NCBI GenBank assembly: GCA_018398765.1
Contig: JAHBMJ010000428.1
Location: 1-48,731, forward strand
DNA: 48,731 nt
Direction of reading: 5' to 3'
DNA from: Chromera velia
Lineage: Eukaryota
The position numbers and the translations under genes are program-made. How positions within the stretch are numbered: the stretch's first letter is position 1; the number at the start of each line of letters is the position of its first letter. Under the pieces are notes generated by a model that was not told the DNA's origin, searched no databases, and saw only the letters and a list, made by a program, of their open reading frames with translations. This document shows, piece after piece, positions 27,901 to 47,600 of this stretch.

Positions 27901-30301
27901 CTTTCCATCTGCCCGCTCCCGCTGCCTCGGAGAGATCGCACGAGGGGGTCTGATGGTGATAGCATACCCTGCCATCGACATCGGGTCCCCTTGCATCCAT
28001 CCCTCTCTGTTGCTGATGGTGGTAGTCCTGTGGGTTCCTCTTAGGAAGAGCTCTGCATCCTTCCTATAGCAGTTAAAGAGGAATGTGGAGGCTCTGGGCT
28101 AGAGTATGTAGGCATTCCATAGCCCCGCTATGCGATTTGCTGCATTAAAAGCGTTTTCGGCGTCTATTAGGAGGGTTTCGAATGCCTTCTCGGGATCGTC
28201 GCCAGCTTCCTGTGTGAGGGTCTCCCAGAGCTCCCTCACTGCATGAATTCCCCCTTCCAGGCCTCCCATGAGGCCACTGCACAGCTGATTAGCTCCGCAT
28301 GCCTCCTACAGTTCCTCTTTAGTCTCTTTCATAACTATTTTTCTGAGGAGGCGCCTGATCGCCTCCCCGATTCCTACTGGGCGCACTCCGGGGCATTTGT
28401 CTAGCGCGACTAGTCGGCATACCATGAATGCCTTCACCTGGTCCTACTCGAACACCCTCCTCCCCATTTCTGTTGCTAAGTTTGCGAGTTCTTCCCTTAA
28501 CTCTCTACTCTCCCTCTCTAGGCTCAGGACTGCGGTGCGGAGCTGTGTACTATCGAATTCAAATGGCCCCGCGCTGCTTTGGAGGCGGCATACTACTGCA
28601 GCGATGTCCTCCTTGGTGATTAGGAGGGGTATGAGGGTGGGGAGACCCTCTCTGGGCATCGCTTGTAGTGCTGCTGCTTGGGGTGTTTTTCCGGGGGGAT
28701 GTTTGGCTTTTAGGGTCTCTGCTACATGGTAGGTTTGTCCTCTCTTGGTGAAGGTATCTTCTCCATCCAGGACTCCCCCTTTCTCTCGGCCGATCAGTAT
28801 TTATGTTCCCCTCCTCATCTCCCCCACCTGGATGAAGTTTTAAAATTTCCTCATCTCGGGGAGGCCCGCTGCCTTTTCAAGTTCTTCCCTTTTTAATCGG
28901 CTCTTGCTCTCCCCCCTCCTGCTGCTGCTGTGGGCTCTTCTGCTAATTTTAGTTGCCTTCTAAAAGAGGGTTTCTCTTCCCTTCTCCCCCTGCTCCCACA
29001 AATCTTGCCTGCTCTCGATGGTCTCCCGTACCTTCTTTGCCTTTTTGATATGGGGGTCCCTCCGGAGGGTAAAGTCTAGCATCAGCAGGAGCGTTCGACA
29101 TATGGTGTCAACATAGTTCTAGACATATTTTCTCTCTATTTCTCTCCATATGTATAAGACTATAAGCTAACTCATCGGGAATAAAAAATATATATCTGAA
29201 CATCGACAGTGCAAGTCAAGGCCGGAGAGTGAACCATAGAGCGACCCAAAAAATCAATTCCATCGATCCTCTTCTATTTTATATCTAAAAATTCATTTAT
29301 TAATTTAAATTGATTACTTTTGTATAAGATATATTTACATATATATCTTCAGATTTAGCTTTAAGTCGATAAGCCTAAATATTTTTAAATAATTTTTCTT
29401 ACATTCAGATATAATACCTGGTATATATCCTATTAGTAGTATCTTTCGTTTTTAAATTTTTTTGCTAGTGACAAACGAACAGCTGTTGTACGTACATCGT
29501 CGTACAATCATTACTAGAATCATTGCAAGAGATTTGACTCAGATTTCTTCACTTCAAGTCTACAAGTCCAAGAAGCACTTGCAGAGAGCATGTCTGCACG
29601 AAAACAGCCAAGAGGGCAGCACCATCTCACTGTTCCAGCCTTTTTGCAGACGCGTCAGCATGGTGCAGCAAAAGATCTTTTGCTAGGTCTTTTGAAGCTA
29701 TATATCCACTTCACGCGCATTGAAACAAAAGATGTTCTTCGTTTTCACTCGGCAATCACCTGGCCCGCAAGTTCTGCCAGCATTTTCAATACAATAATTG
29801 ACTCATAGATCAAGGCATTCGGTTATGCACGCACAAGCGTTGAAGCGGGGCTGGAGAGAACAAGAAGAGGCTGGGTACGAACGACGGAGAGGAAAAAGAG
29901 AAGGTAGAGAAGAATGGGCAAAAGCATTAAAAGCGACCGATCACTTTGTTCTTCATTCTCTTTCTGACTGACTAAACAAGAAAGGGAACAAGTGCGGAGG
30001 GCTTTCAGCAGAACAGTTGAGCCAAAACTGGAACCTTATTTCATCAGTTCCTTACAAAACAACACTCTCTGCAAAACATAGTTTTTGTCTGTCTTGTGCA
30101 TCCGCACTCAAAACGACAGACATGTCGGACACTGCATGAGCTCTTCCACTTTCCCGTTCAGGAATCTTTACATTTTTGTGGCCGGTGACTTTCTGGCCAC
30201 TTTTTTTCTTTCTTTTCGTACAATCATTCAACCAAGCGGGCAGCTAACTGAACAGACAAAATGTGTGCCCATCATCGCTTCTGTCTGTCTAGCTCGTCAA
30301 G

Positions 30302-37554
<7,253 letters not shown>

Positions 37555-39810
37555 GTGCCTCTGAGAAAAGAAAGGACAGACACGAAGCGGAAGAACACAG
37601 GAAGGATCAACGAACGAAGCGATCAAGCCGTCTCGTTTGTGTTTCAACGAAAACAGAGGGCAGGGAGAGGTTTTCGCTCTCTCTCTTTTGTGCACCTTGA
37701 AGCTCACTGTTCCGAAGTGTAACAGAGCAGATTTAGATCCTTAGATTGCGGCGTGAATCCGTGACATTGGTCAGCAAATTCGTTCTTGGCAACTCGCTAA
37801 ATGGTGATTCGTCACTCAGTCTGACTGACCTGCATGCATCGACTTACTCGACGTGAATATTAATTTGGCACCGATTTAGCCACTTGCATGGAATTTCAGA
37901 CTTGGACTGTGGATTTTTTTTATTTTTGGACATTTTTTTGGAATATTTCAGCAAACTGTTTTTTATCGCGCCAGTGAGCAAGTTCGGAGGATGTTTATAA
38001 TCCCGCGTGTGCACGAAAAATTGCAAAAGTTACGAATCACACTCACCCTAGCTTAATTGGGTTAGTGCCTCGGGGATTATGGTGCTTCCCATTATCTGTG
38101 CGCGCGTAACTCGAGGTATAAATGTTGATGCACGATTTCACGCAGGGCCTCAAGGCTCAAGCCGGGGCCGCTGAGCTGCCCTCCGAGGCATGAAAACCGA
38201 TTAAATAGCTATAGCCGTTTTGTCAGCCATATGCACTTCATTTGTTGCTGCAAAGATATGCAATCATATACAATCCATGAACACCAGAACCATGTCTGCG
38301 ACTTACTACTCACACTGGCCTCATTCTTAAATTACTTTCATCTCACTGTGTCCTCTCAATACCTCTCATTCGTTTGCTTTATCCCACTCCACTCCATTCT
38401 CTAACAAAATTCTCTCCTTCCCGCCTGCCTCTGTCATTGCACGATCGATCCTCGTTATCTGCATGCATCGTACAGCTCTCCGACTGCCTACAATTATGCG
38501 TTCGTGCTAGCTCACTGCGCTGATATGTTCACTCATGCAGGTCTGCTGCTCACATTCGATCACTCCACGTGTATATACGTATCAATCTCTATTTATCTTA
38601 TCACCGCGTGCTTTCGCATAACATTCCACTGCCCTGCCTGTTTTGTTTCACTGTTCTCATTGCACCTTTGTACGCCACATCTCTCCCACTGTCATTTACG
38701 TTGCCTCTTCACCGAGCCTTTCGTGCTCACGTCATGCAGGTCTCATTAAATTTCAGTGCCCACAGCTGACTCTCCCGTCATCTCAACGTCTGCTCAAATC
38801 AGTGCTCTGATTTTAATGTATGACCTCTTCCCACTTTACTCTCCCCCATGCTTGCTTCTCACTTTTTTCTACCCACAGCCATCATCTCATTGCCCTTATG
38901 CCCCAGCTATCACCCGGCGCAGACAGGTGGGCATGCAGGCAAGTAGACAGGCGGGCAGACACTGTCAGGCAGATATTCTAAACGGCAGAATAGTCAGACC
39001 GGCAAAATGAGAGGATGACACTGGCTGGCACTGGCAGAATAGCAGAAAGGCAGAGAGACATGCAAAAACGCAGACATAGGCAGGCAGGCAGACAGACAGA
39101 CAAACACACAGGCTACTCTCTTGGTGACCCTGTTTGCTTAGATCTCATCTCTTCACTTGCATGTCACTTCTCTTATCTTGCCGCTCTCATGTCATTTCTC
39201 TCAATTCCGACCTCTAAGACTTATCCGACCTCTCACCTGTACACATCTCTACATGCCACTTCACAAACAAACTGTGAGATTCAGAGGTCGCAATCCTACT
39301 CTGCTTCCGTCTTAACGTTTCCTTCCGGCACGACTCAGTGTGTTCCAGCCTACCTGCCTGTTGGCTGTCATGCAAGGTATGCCGCCTGTATGCCAGACCG
39401 TATTTCTAATTTGGTCTTCTTTTCTGGGTATGCTCAAAGTTCTGCCCCCCTGTCTGTTTGACTGCTTTCTCATCATCCCAGATACTCATTCTGTCTGCCT
39501 GACTACCTCCCAAATTTTGATCTTTCTGTTTGTGTGTGTTCACTGAAAAGTTCTGACTGGGCCGCCCTATCCAAGGACTGCCTTTAAAAAATTGCTATCC
39601 TGACAACCATCCTCATTTCGCTTTTCTGCTCTTCTATCTTTTCTCCCGTCACCTCTTCTATCGTCTTGAAGTTCTATCCTCTTTATCTGTTCTGTGTTTC
39701 TTTCTTTCTTTCTTTCTTTCTGTCACTGTTTGCTTCCTTCTCTTCCCCCCTTTCGTTTCTCTCTCCGGACGTACCTCTTATTTTACATGTTTTTATAGGG
39801 GGGTGATATC

Positions 39811-40272
39811 GGGGAGGGGGGGGTCCTGGTCCGCACGGCTGGCTTGTCAGCCACATGGAACCCAGCCACACGGAACCCCCCCCGGGCCACGCGGAGCGCA
39901 GTCCGGGTTCGTAGTACGGGAGGGGGGCCGTGCTACGCGGTAAACCATTAAAGCTAGCCAGAAGGACTCTAGACGAACAATTGCCCCCTGTGGAATGGTA
40001 ACGACCCCCCCCTCCGGCCTCAACTTTATTCAACTTCCGAGTCGTGTACCTCTGTAGATAAGTCTGGTTGCGCTTGGCTTGATGCTTAGCTGCACTTGTC
40101 CTCTTAATATCGCGAAGGCTGAGCTAGGAAAGCGTGATGCATACTAAAAAAAATCCCGCTACCGTGCTGCACGGCCTGGCAGAGCCATGCCACGTGGAAG
40201 CCTTTTTTTGTGGCACGGAGGGGGGCCGTGTTGCCGTGTGGCGAAGCCGTGCGGCATGCCCCCCCCCTCCCC
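39811..40272. mobile_element. candidate MITE-like element with imperfect terminal inverted repeats
   Basis: Left end ggggaggggggggtcctggtccgcacggct; right end reverse complement ggggagggggggggcatgccgcacggct; repeated CACGG/CCGTG motifs near both ends. No clear target-site duplication. Confidence 0.45.
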
Positions 40273-40292
40273 ATGCTAAAGGCATTTCACCC

Positions 40293-41073
40293 TCCTATAT
40301 GTTTTTTCATAACAGCGCCTGAAAGTTATTTCATGATAAGTTTCCTTAACTAGATCGTACTTGATCGTTAACATCGACCAGCATTTATTGAACATCGCTC
40401 TTTTATACATGTTTTTCATGATGGCGCCTAAATGATATTGCATGGTAAGTTTCCTTAAGATAATCATACTTTATCTATAAGTTGATTACCAACCTCGATC
40501 GGCATTTATTGAATAAAATTATAAAACTCTTTTACAATCAAACGGTTTATGACCGTCGGGTTTGAGGAGATTTAGCAAAATTTATACCTGATTGTAAAAC
40601 TAGTTACAAAACTGTTTTGAGTGACTATTGATAAATTTAATAATTGGTACACAAAACATTTATTAAAAAACATCATAAAAGGAAGGTTACGCAATGTGTT
40701 TAGCCGTAAGTCTAACGATTTTTAGAATATCTCATGACATAGATTTTACTTGTGTTTGATTTTGGAGACTCTGATATATACTGGTTGTTTTAAATCTTAG
40801 TACATCTACATTAAATGTATATTAATCGACTGGTTGATGTAGGGTTTTTTTAATGTAGGTTGATGCAACACTAAAAATCAATGATTAATTGAATGAGTGG
40901 TTGATGGATCTGGATGCCATTACTAAATAGCTCAGGAAAGGATTTAGTAATCAGACCGTAATCTGTGCGTAAAATAATGTTTATATCGATTTTTTAACGT
41001 TTTCCTTTAGCCTGTCATAACATATTCACAAGACCTTAGTCACTTCCGCGCGCAAAGCGCGCGCACTCACTTG
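40293..41073 (+). mobile_element. candidate non-autonomous Helitron-like element
   Basis: Sharply AT-rich block starting TCCTATAT (40293) and ending with a perfect 7-bp GC hairpin cgcgcgc-aaa-gcgcgcg (41047-41063), then CTTG|T six bases later. The terminus is a variant of CTRR and the 5' flanking base is C rather than A. Confidence 0.5.
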
Positions 41074-41517
41074 TTATGGAAAAACTGCATGACGCAAAGA
41101 ATAATGAATGTCCTCTCAATTAGTAACCGTAGTTGAACTTTCCGGGGTCACTTCGAACTTCCTCCAAAAATTCTGCAGTCTCCTTTCGTCACCAAAATCC
41201 GCCCGTGCACCCTCTAACAGATGAAGGCGCAGTCGAAGAAAACGTCGTTGTGCAGATGGGCATTTGGATGATGATCTGTGCGGAAAGAGCACACGTAGAC
41301 GTTTGACACTGGTTAAGAGCAGCCTTTGCTTGAAAAGTTCAACCGTCGTTTGAAATTCTTTGTGCCCGACTATTTTGTGGAGCGGTGATTACCTCCTAAC
41401 TTCGTCTCTCTTGTGCTCTTTGCATTATCATGTGGAAAGCACTCTGGTCATTTTGAACGACAGGACAATCTAGTCAAAATTGACCACCCTATTCCTACCT
41501 GAATTCGACGAGAAAAG

Positions 41518-44500
41518 ATGGACTTGATTTCAAAAGACTCCATCTCAGACACCGACGATCCCTGGAAACTGCCGCCGCTTTCTCTCGCAGGTTCGTCCCC
41601 CCTCTTTCTCCTCTGCTTCTCTTGGCGCAGAGAAAGCTCTGTGATCCTTTCCCCCCCACTCGTCACTCTCTCTTTTCCAGTGAGCTCGTCCGGTAGGCAG
41701 CAATGGGGGCAGTGCAAAGTCCTCCTCTGGACGGGCGGGGTCAAACCGTCTGCAATCTCTTCTCTCCTCTTCCGAACAGGCCACCTCACCTACTTACCTA
41801 CCCCCTTCCTTCTCTCATCCAGCTATCCTCAATGGAATTGCACTGGCTTCCTTGCTAGCGAGGAATTTGAGCTGGCGCTGCCCTCTCACGCGACAAGCAA
41901 GCACTTCTTTCAGGAGGAGTTCACGCATGCGTGTTCGTGTACCTCTCGCACCTATACAACCACACGCTCACCTGCACACACGCCTGCACCGCGGTCCCTC
42001 CCTGTGTGTGGTCTGCCCGCCTGCCTGTGTGTGCAGCCGAGGAGGAAAGCAGCGAGACCGCCCCCGCCCCCCAGCTCCGTTGCTCGTCTCCGCCTCCTTC
42101 CCTTTTCCAACCCCCCTGCCACCCCGAAAAAGGCAGACCGCAAACACGTGAGGCAAGGGCACAGCCGTCCCTGCTGACAACAGCATCTATAGGTCTGGGG
42201 GTGGAGACTGAGGTGGCAGAGAGAGAAGACCTCCTCCTCCCTCTTTTCGTCTTCGGGCAAGAGGGTGGAGTTTCTTTTGCTTCGGCGCCTCCTCCCGTCT
42301 CTCCTTCTGCCCCTTCTGCTCCTGTGGAAGCTGAAGAAGGGGGAGAGGGAGTAAAAGACCTACGAGGCGCAGCATCATCTCCTGCTGTTCTTGGCAGGAG
42401 GTTGCATGCTTCCCATTCAGCTTTTTCACCCTTTGTTTTTGCTTTGGGCGGTTTGTCGTTGCCCTCCCCCTCTTGCTCCCCGTCTCTTCGGAGAGACGGG
42501 AAAGAAAACAGGAACGATGGCAAGGTGATGCTTGGGGGAGGGGAGGAGTCTGTCTCTCCAGAGAGTGTGCATGTGTCTGTGGGGGTGCGTCAAACTGCGG
42601 CGCCTGAAGAGAAGGAGACGGGGGTTCGAAAGTCAGCAGCAGAACGTCAAGGCTTTCTTTGCCCTTCCAGTTGCCCTTCTTCTTCTTCCTCTTCCTCTTC
42701 TTCAAGTCTTGAACAGGAAGCTCGTCTGGTGGCGGAGCAGGGAGAGGAGGAGGATGGAAGAGGACAATGCGCCCCCTTTGCTTGTGCCCTTCCCTTTGGC
42801 GTCGACTTCTTGCCGCCTTCTTCCGCCTCGTCTGCGTCGACCCCAAGCAGCAGCAGCAGCAGTAGCAGGAGGCCTGCAGAAGACGGCAGGGCGACCCAGA
42901 ACAAAAAGAGAAAGCAGCAGCAGCAGCAGGATGGGGGGCGAAGAGAAAGAAACGGAGAAGAAGAAGGAGCACAAGAGGATGCTCCCGTGCTCCAATTGTT
43001 CTTGAAAGACCTCGATGGTGAGTCGCTTTTTTTTTTTGTCTGTCTTTCTTTTTTTCCGTCTCTCACATTTTCTTCTTTGCGCGTGTGCTGAATTTCCTAT
43101 CTGTCTTTCTGTCCGTCTTTGTGTCATTCTGTCTGTCTGGCCTGTCCGATTTGACCTGGATAGAGTTCGCGCAAATTTCTGCGAAGGGGTCCTTCTTTTT
43201 TAGATGGTCCCATGCTGGAAATGCAGCCGCGGGTGCTCGATTGCGTATTTCGAGCTGTTTTGTATGCGTAGAGGTACAAGAGATTTTCTGGTGATACGCA
43301 TCTGTGTACATAAGTGTTTTTGTGTCATGAGTGTGTGAATGAATGACTGACTGAATGAATGAATGAATGCTCTTCCTTGGTTTGTGAATTTCTTCCTTTG
43401 TCCCTGCTCTGCGGGGGCGTGCAGGTCGCACTCATCTTCTCCGTGTTCCTCCGAACCTGTCCGTGTCGGAGTTGGCGCTCCTGATTGAAAAGAAAACCGG
43501 TCTGCCTTCAGAAAACGCAGATTGGAGACTCCTCTCAGGCAGGCGTCAGATCACCCCGGCAGCAGTCTCAGTCTCCGCAGTTGCCGCTGAGACGGGGTGC
43601 TTCGAGTCTGCATCATGCGGTGTTTTGGAGCTGAGCGAGGGTTTCAGTTCTGATTGTGAGGAGACTGAGACTGAGATGGTAGATCGAGGGCCCGAAAAAG
43701 AAAGGAGCGACAACAAGAAGAAGATGGTAGATCGAGGGCCCGAAAAAGAAAGGAGCGACAGCAACAAGAACCATGTTTTGATGCTTAAAGATGGGGGAGA
43801 ACAGGAAGAGGAAGAAGATCTCTTTGTGCATTCATCCTCGTCCCCTCCCTTTGTGTCGTCGTGTCTTTCTGTTTCTCTTTCTCAGCTTCCTGAAAGAACA
43901 AAAGAAGGGGAAGAGAAAGAAGCAGAAACACCGATTTTGTCTGTGTCTTCACCCTGCTTGCCTTCTTCCTCTTCTTCTTCCTCTTTTGCCCTTGAGGGAG
44001 AGGGGGGGGGATCCTCCAGTCACTCGGTTGAGGACAAGCAGTGGAAGGAGAAAGGAAAGGGGAAGAACGCACTGTTGGGATTGGAAGATTTGAGCACGTT
44101 GACGATCGTCGGCCGTCTGAAGGGCGGAATGATGCAAGGCGGTGGGGGGGGAGGGGGTGGCAGGGGCGGAAGGAAAGGTACGTAGTGTGCTGCTTGCCTA
44201 CATGGTGTTTCCTCTCTCCTCTATCTTTTGTGTTTTTTCTTTTTTTTTTTTCAATTTTTTTTGTTCTTTCCTTTCTTTTCTTCTTCTTTCTTCCTTCTGT
44301 CTTTCCTTCCTCCGTCCTCTCCTTCCTTTTTTTCTCTTCTCCCTTCCCTCCTTCCACCAGCGAGGTTCCTTCCTCCCTTCCCCTCTCACAACTCCCCTTC
44401 ATGGGCAGCCCTTCTTTCATTCCTTCCTCCCTCACTTTCTCTCTCTGCCGTCGCTGGCTGCAATCGGACTGATTTACTCGCCGGGCTTTCTCTGTGCGTG

Positions 44501-44612
44501 TACCTTCTGACATTGTCTCGCTCTGTCTGTCTGTCTGTCTCTCTGTCTCTCTGTCTGCAGGTCGCATGGGAGGAGGCATGGGGGGCGACGGGGTGAGTCG
44601 GTGAAGCATGGA

Positions 44613-44670
<58 letters not shown>

Positions 44671-47600
44671 CTCTATCCGTCATGCCTGTTGGCATGGAGG
44701 TCGGCTGGAGATTCAGTATCCCCAACATTCCACCTAGCTCTTCCGATTTTTCTTTGGTGAGGTGAAGTATTCTGCTTGCATTCATTCGCTTTCCCCCTGC
44801 CTCCGTCTGCTGCAGGAGGGGAGAGAATACGGTCGTCGCAACAGCGGCGGCGGACTTGGGGGAGGAGGGTATGGCGGGGGGGGAGGGGGGTATCCTGATA
44901 GAGGAGACAATAGAGGTGGCGACACGCCTGGAGGAGGAAAGGGTGGCGGGGGCAGGGGTCGAGGGGGTCATATTGACGGGGGGGGAATGNNNNNNNNNNN
45001 NNNNNNNATGGTGGGCCTAGCCTGTTGGGCCCCCACCCTCAGGCCCTGGCAGGCGGTGGCGGTATGGGAGGGGGCCCCGGCATGGGCCCTCATCAGGGAA
45101 TCGGGATGGAGGGAGGGGGGCGTATGGGTGGGGGCGGCCCGGGCAACCAGCCCCTTTTGCTTCACGGGGGGGATGATGTGAACTTCCCTGCTTTGGCTGC
45201 AGGGGCGGCGGGACGGCACCTACACGCAGGTGAAAACGAAACGGCTGAGGGCGTCGGTGGGAGAGGGGGAACCCCGCTGAATGCGAACGGCCCCGCGGGT
45301 GCGGGAGGCCCAGGGGGAATTGCCGGGGCCCCAGAACCGCTTCTGGGCGGTCCGAGATTCCCGGGGGGTCACGGTATGGTAACCCCCACCGGGATTCTGG
45401 GCTCTCCAGGTGGCATGGCTGCTGTAAATCCGCTCGTGACTGCTGGACAGGGAGGACAGGTAGACCCGACCCAGATATTGCGCACTCTAATCAACAACCA
45501 CACCAATCACGCAACAGGACAGGTGGACCAGGCAGCATTCATCGCCCAAGGCCAACAGATCTTTGGGGACAATTTCGAGAAAATGGTCCGTGCACTGCCG
45601 CAAACAGACTTGACATCACAACAGCAGCAGGCATCCCCAGCGGGCCCCGGAACCCACGGGAGGAGCCCCGGCACGCCTTCACAGCCGATTCTCCCCCCTC
45701 CCCAATACGACCCTACGGCACTGCAGGCAGCAGCGAATGCGGCACAACAACAACAGCAAATCCAAGGCAGCCCGCCCCGCCCTGGTGCCCCCTCCCCCCA
45801 TATGCAAGTACAGGGCGTGGGCGTGAACCCAGCTGCAGCTGCACTTAACCCTCAAGCAGTCCAAGAACTGAACAAACTTTTCATCTTGGCTCAGCAGAAT
45901 CCTAGTGTCCTGCAGCACCCCGAATTGGCCCGAGTCTTGAGCCATCCCCAGATTTTGCATATACTGGCGATGCAACAGCAACAGCAGCAGGTACAGCAAC
46001 AGCAGCAATTGCAGGAGTACCAGCGACTGCACCAACAGCAGCTGCAGACACAGCAGCAGCAGCAGCAGCAGCCGAATTCTGTGGGGGCCCCTGGAGGAGG
46101 AGGAGGGGGCCCCGGACCCGCCCCGCCAGACAGCAGAACGGCAGGGAAGGTCCCCATGACGCCCCCAACCCCCTCAGCCCAGCCGCCCACTTTTGTCCCG
46201 CAGCAGCAACCGCCGATGGCTGGAGGAGGCCGTGGAGGGCCTAGATTAGATGGTCCCCCCCCCATGCCTATGTCTCGGCAAGGAGGGCCCCAAACGAAGA
46301 TGAAGGGCCCCCCTCCCCAATCCGACAATGCAGGCCCGACAGGCCTGGTCAGGTTACAGCAAGACATGGAACCTGTGTCGAAGGACGGAGACTGGGCAAC
46401 TCAACAAGAGAGGCAGCAGGGAGGTCTACCGGAGAACATGAAACACCCCCCCCCCGACGACAGCGCAAGGGTACACGGCCCCGGTGCGGACCAGCAATTG
46501 AGGTCCCCGGCTCTGGGGGGGCCAGGCGGTCCCCCTGTGGCTGTGTCTCCGGGTGGTGTCCCCGGGGGTGATAACATACCTGTGGCTCCTGCCGGGGGCG
46601 GTCCATTTGTTGACCACAACGCCGCCGCCATGGGTGCTGGGGGTCTGTCGGGGTCCCCTGGGATCAACATGCACCAGCCGCAGCCGAAGAGAGGAGGAGG
46701 CGGGCCCCCCGGCGGGAGAACACCCGCCCCGCCCCCGTACGATGCAGCAGGCGCACCGCAGCAGCCGGGCCCGCCCAATCAGCAGCAACGGTTGCCCCCC
46801 GGCGGCGGTGCACCGGGTCAGCCGCCTCCTTCGGGACCGCCCTCCCGTGTTCCCCCAGAGGAAGAGGAGGGTATGGGAGGAGACCATCCTTCGGTGCTGC
46901 TTCAACATGGAGGACGGGGGGGAGGGCAGTTTGGGGGACGCGACGACCTCGGTTGGTCAGCAGGGAAGGGAAGGAGGGGGGAGGGGGGGGGCGTCAGAGC
47001 AGTCATCGTTCTCTTTTTTCTCTGATGTTGTTTCGCATTCGTTTTCCTGCTCTGCGACTTCCCCCATTCATGAATTGATATGCTTGTCTGTCTCTGTGAC
47101 TCAAAAGCGGAATCGGAAAATTCTGTACAGCATCAGCTGGCTTCCTCGTCCATGTCAGAAAGACGACTTTGTTGGGTGGGGGTTCGATGAGTAGGTCAGG
47201 CCAGTATGGAGTCTGTCTATTCAAATCATCGGTTGGTTGGTTGGTTGATTATAGATAGGGTCCTATCACACTCTCCACCCCCATCAATCAACTTCAGCCT
47301 GAGGCATGCAATCAATGATGAAGGAAATGACTCCTCCTCTCTTCCCTTCCGTTCCCCCCCCTCTGTCTGTCGCAGATGCCGGTACTGGTCTTCGCCAACC
47401 TCACATACTTGGCACGAACGCTCACCCCTCCCACTTTATTCCAGGGCCTGCGCACATGCCGCATGCTCAACAGCACGCTCTCCACGGAGCGCTGCACGCC
47501 CAAGCTCCGATCCTGGGAGTGCACGGGCAGCACAGCGCGGCTCCCTTGATCACCTCACAGGCCTCCATCGGGGCCATCACGGAGACGGGGTCCAACATCG

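Larger units (their letters stand above)
23790..29097 (-). mobile_element. decayed, 5'-truncated non-LTR retrotransposon with RT plus C-terminal restriction-like endonuclease (CRE-clade-like)
   Basis: Minus-strand motifs in order: CRLVALDKCPGVRPVGIGEAIRR (~28420-28350), QLCSG..GGIHAV, LLIDAENAFN, QGDPMSM (~27990), QLYYADD (~27005-26988), YLLGGYVG, ALPVRLLGLGIP, zinc knuckle C-x2-C..HALNC, RHDEV, GDFQVRG..AIFDTRV. Many stops and frameshifts. Boundaries are approximate; 3' UTR ~24200-23790. Clade call is from motif recognition, not a phylogeny. Confidence 0.9.

Noticed and set aside
27458..28069. 203-aa Cys/Ser-rich plus-strand ORF
   Set aside because: Antisense reading of the 42-bp tandem repeat inside the retroelement ORF.
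38045..38125. tRNA-like A-box (tagcttaattgggttagtgc)
   Set aside because: No T-arm/B-box or acceptor stem could be folded; not supportable as a tRNA or SINE without a covariance-model search.
37844..38230. Compositionally distinct segment upstream of argD as a DNA-transposon end
   Set aside because: No partner inverted repeat or target duplication found in the window; it could be promoter sequence.
45679..46908. Several minus-strand ORFs opposite the 666-aa ORF
   Set aside because: Antisense shadows of a GC-rich, low-complexity coding exon.
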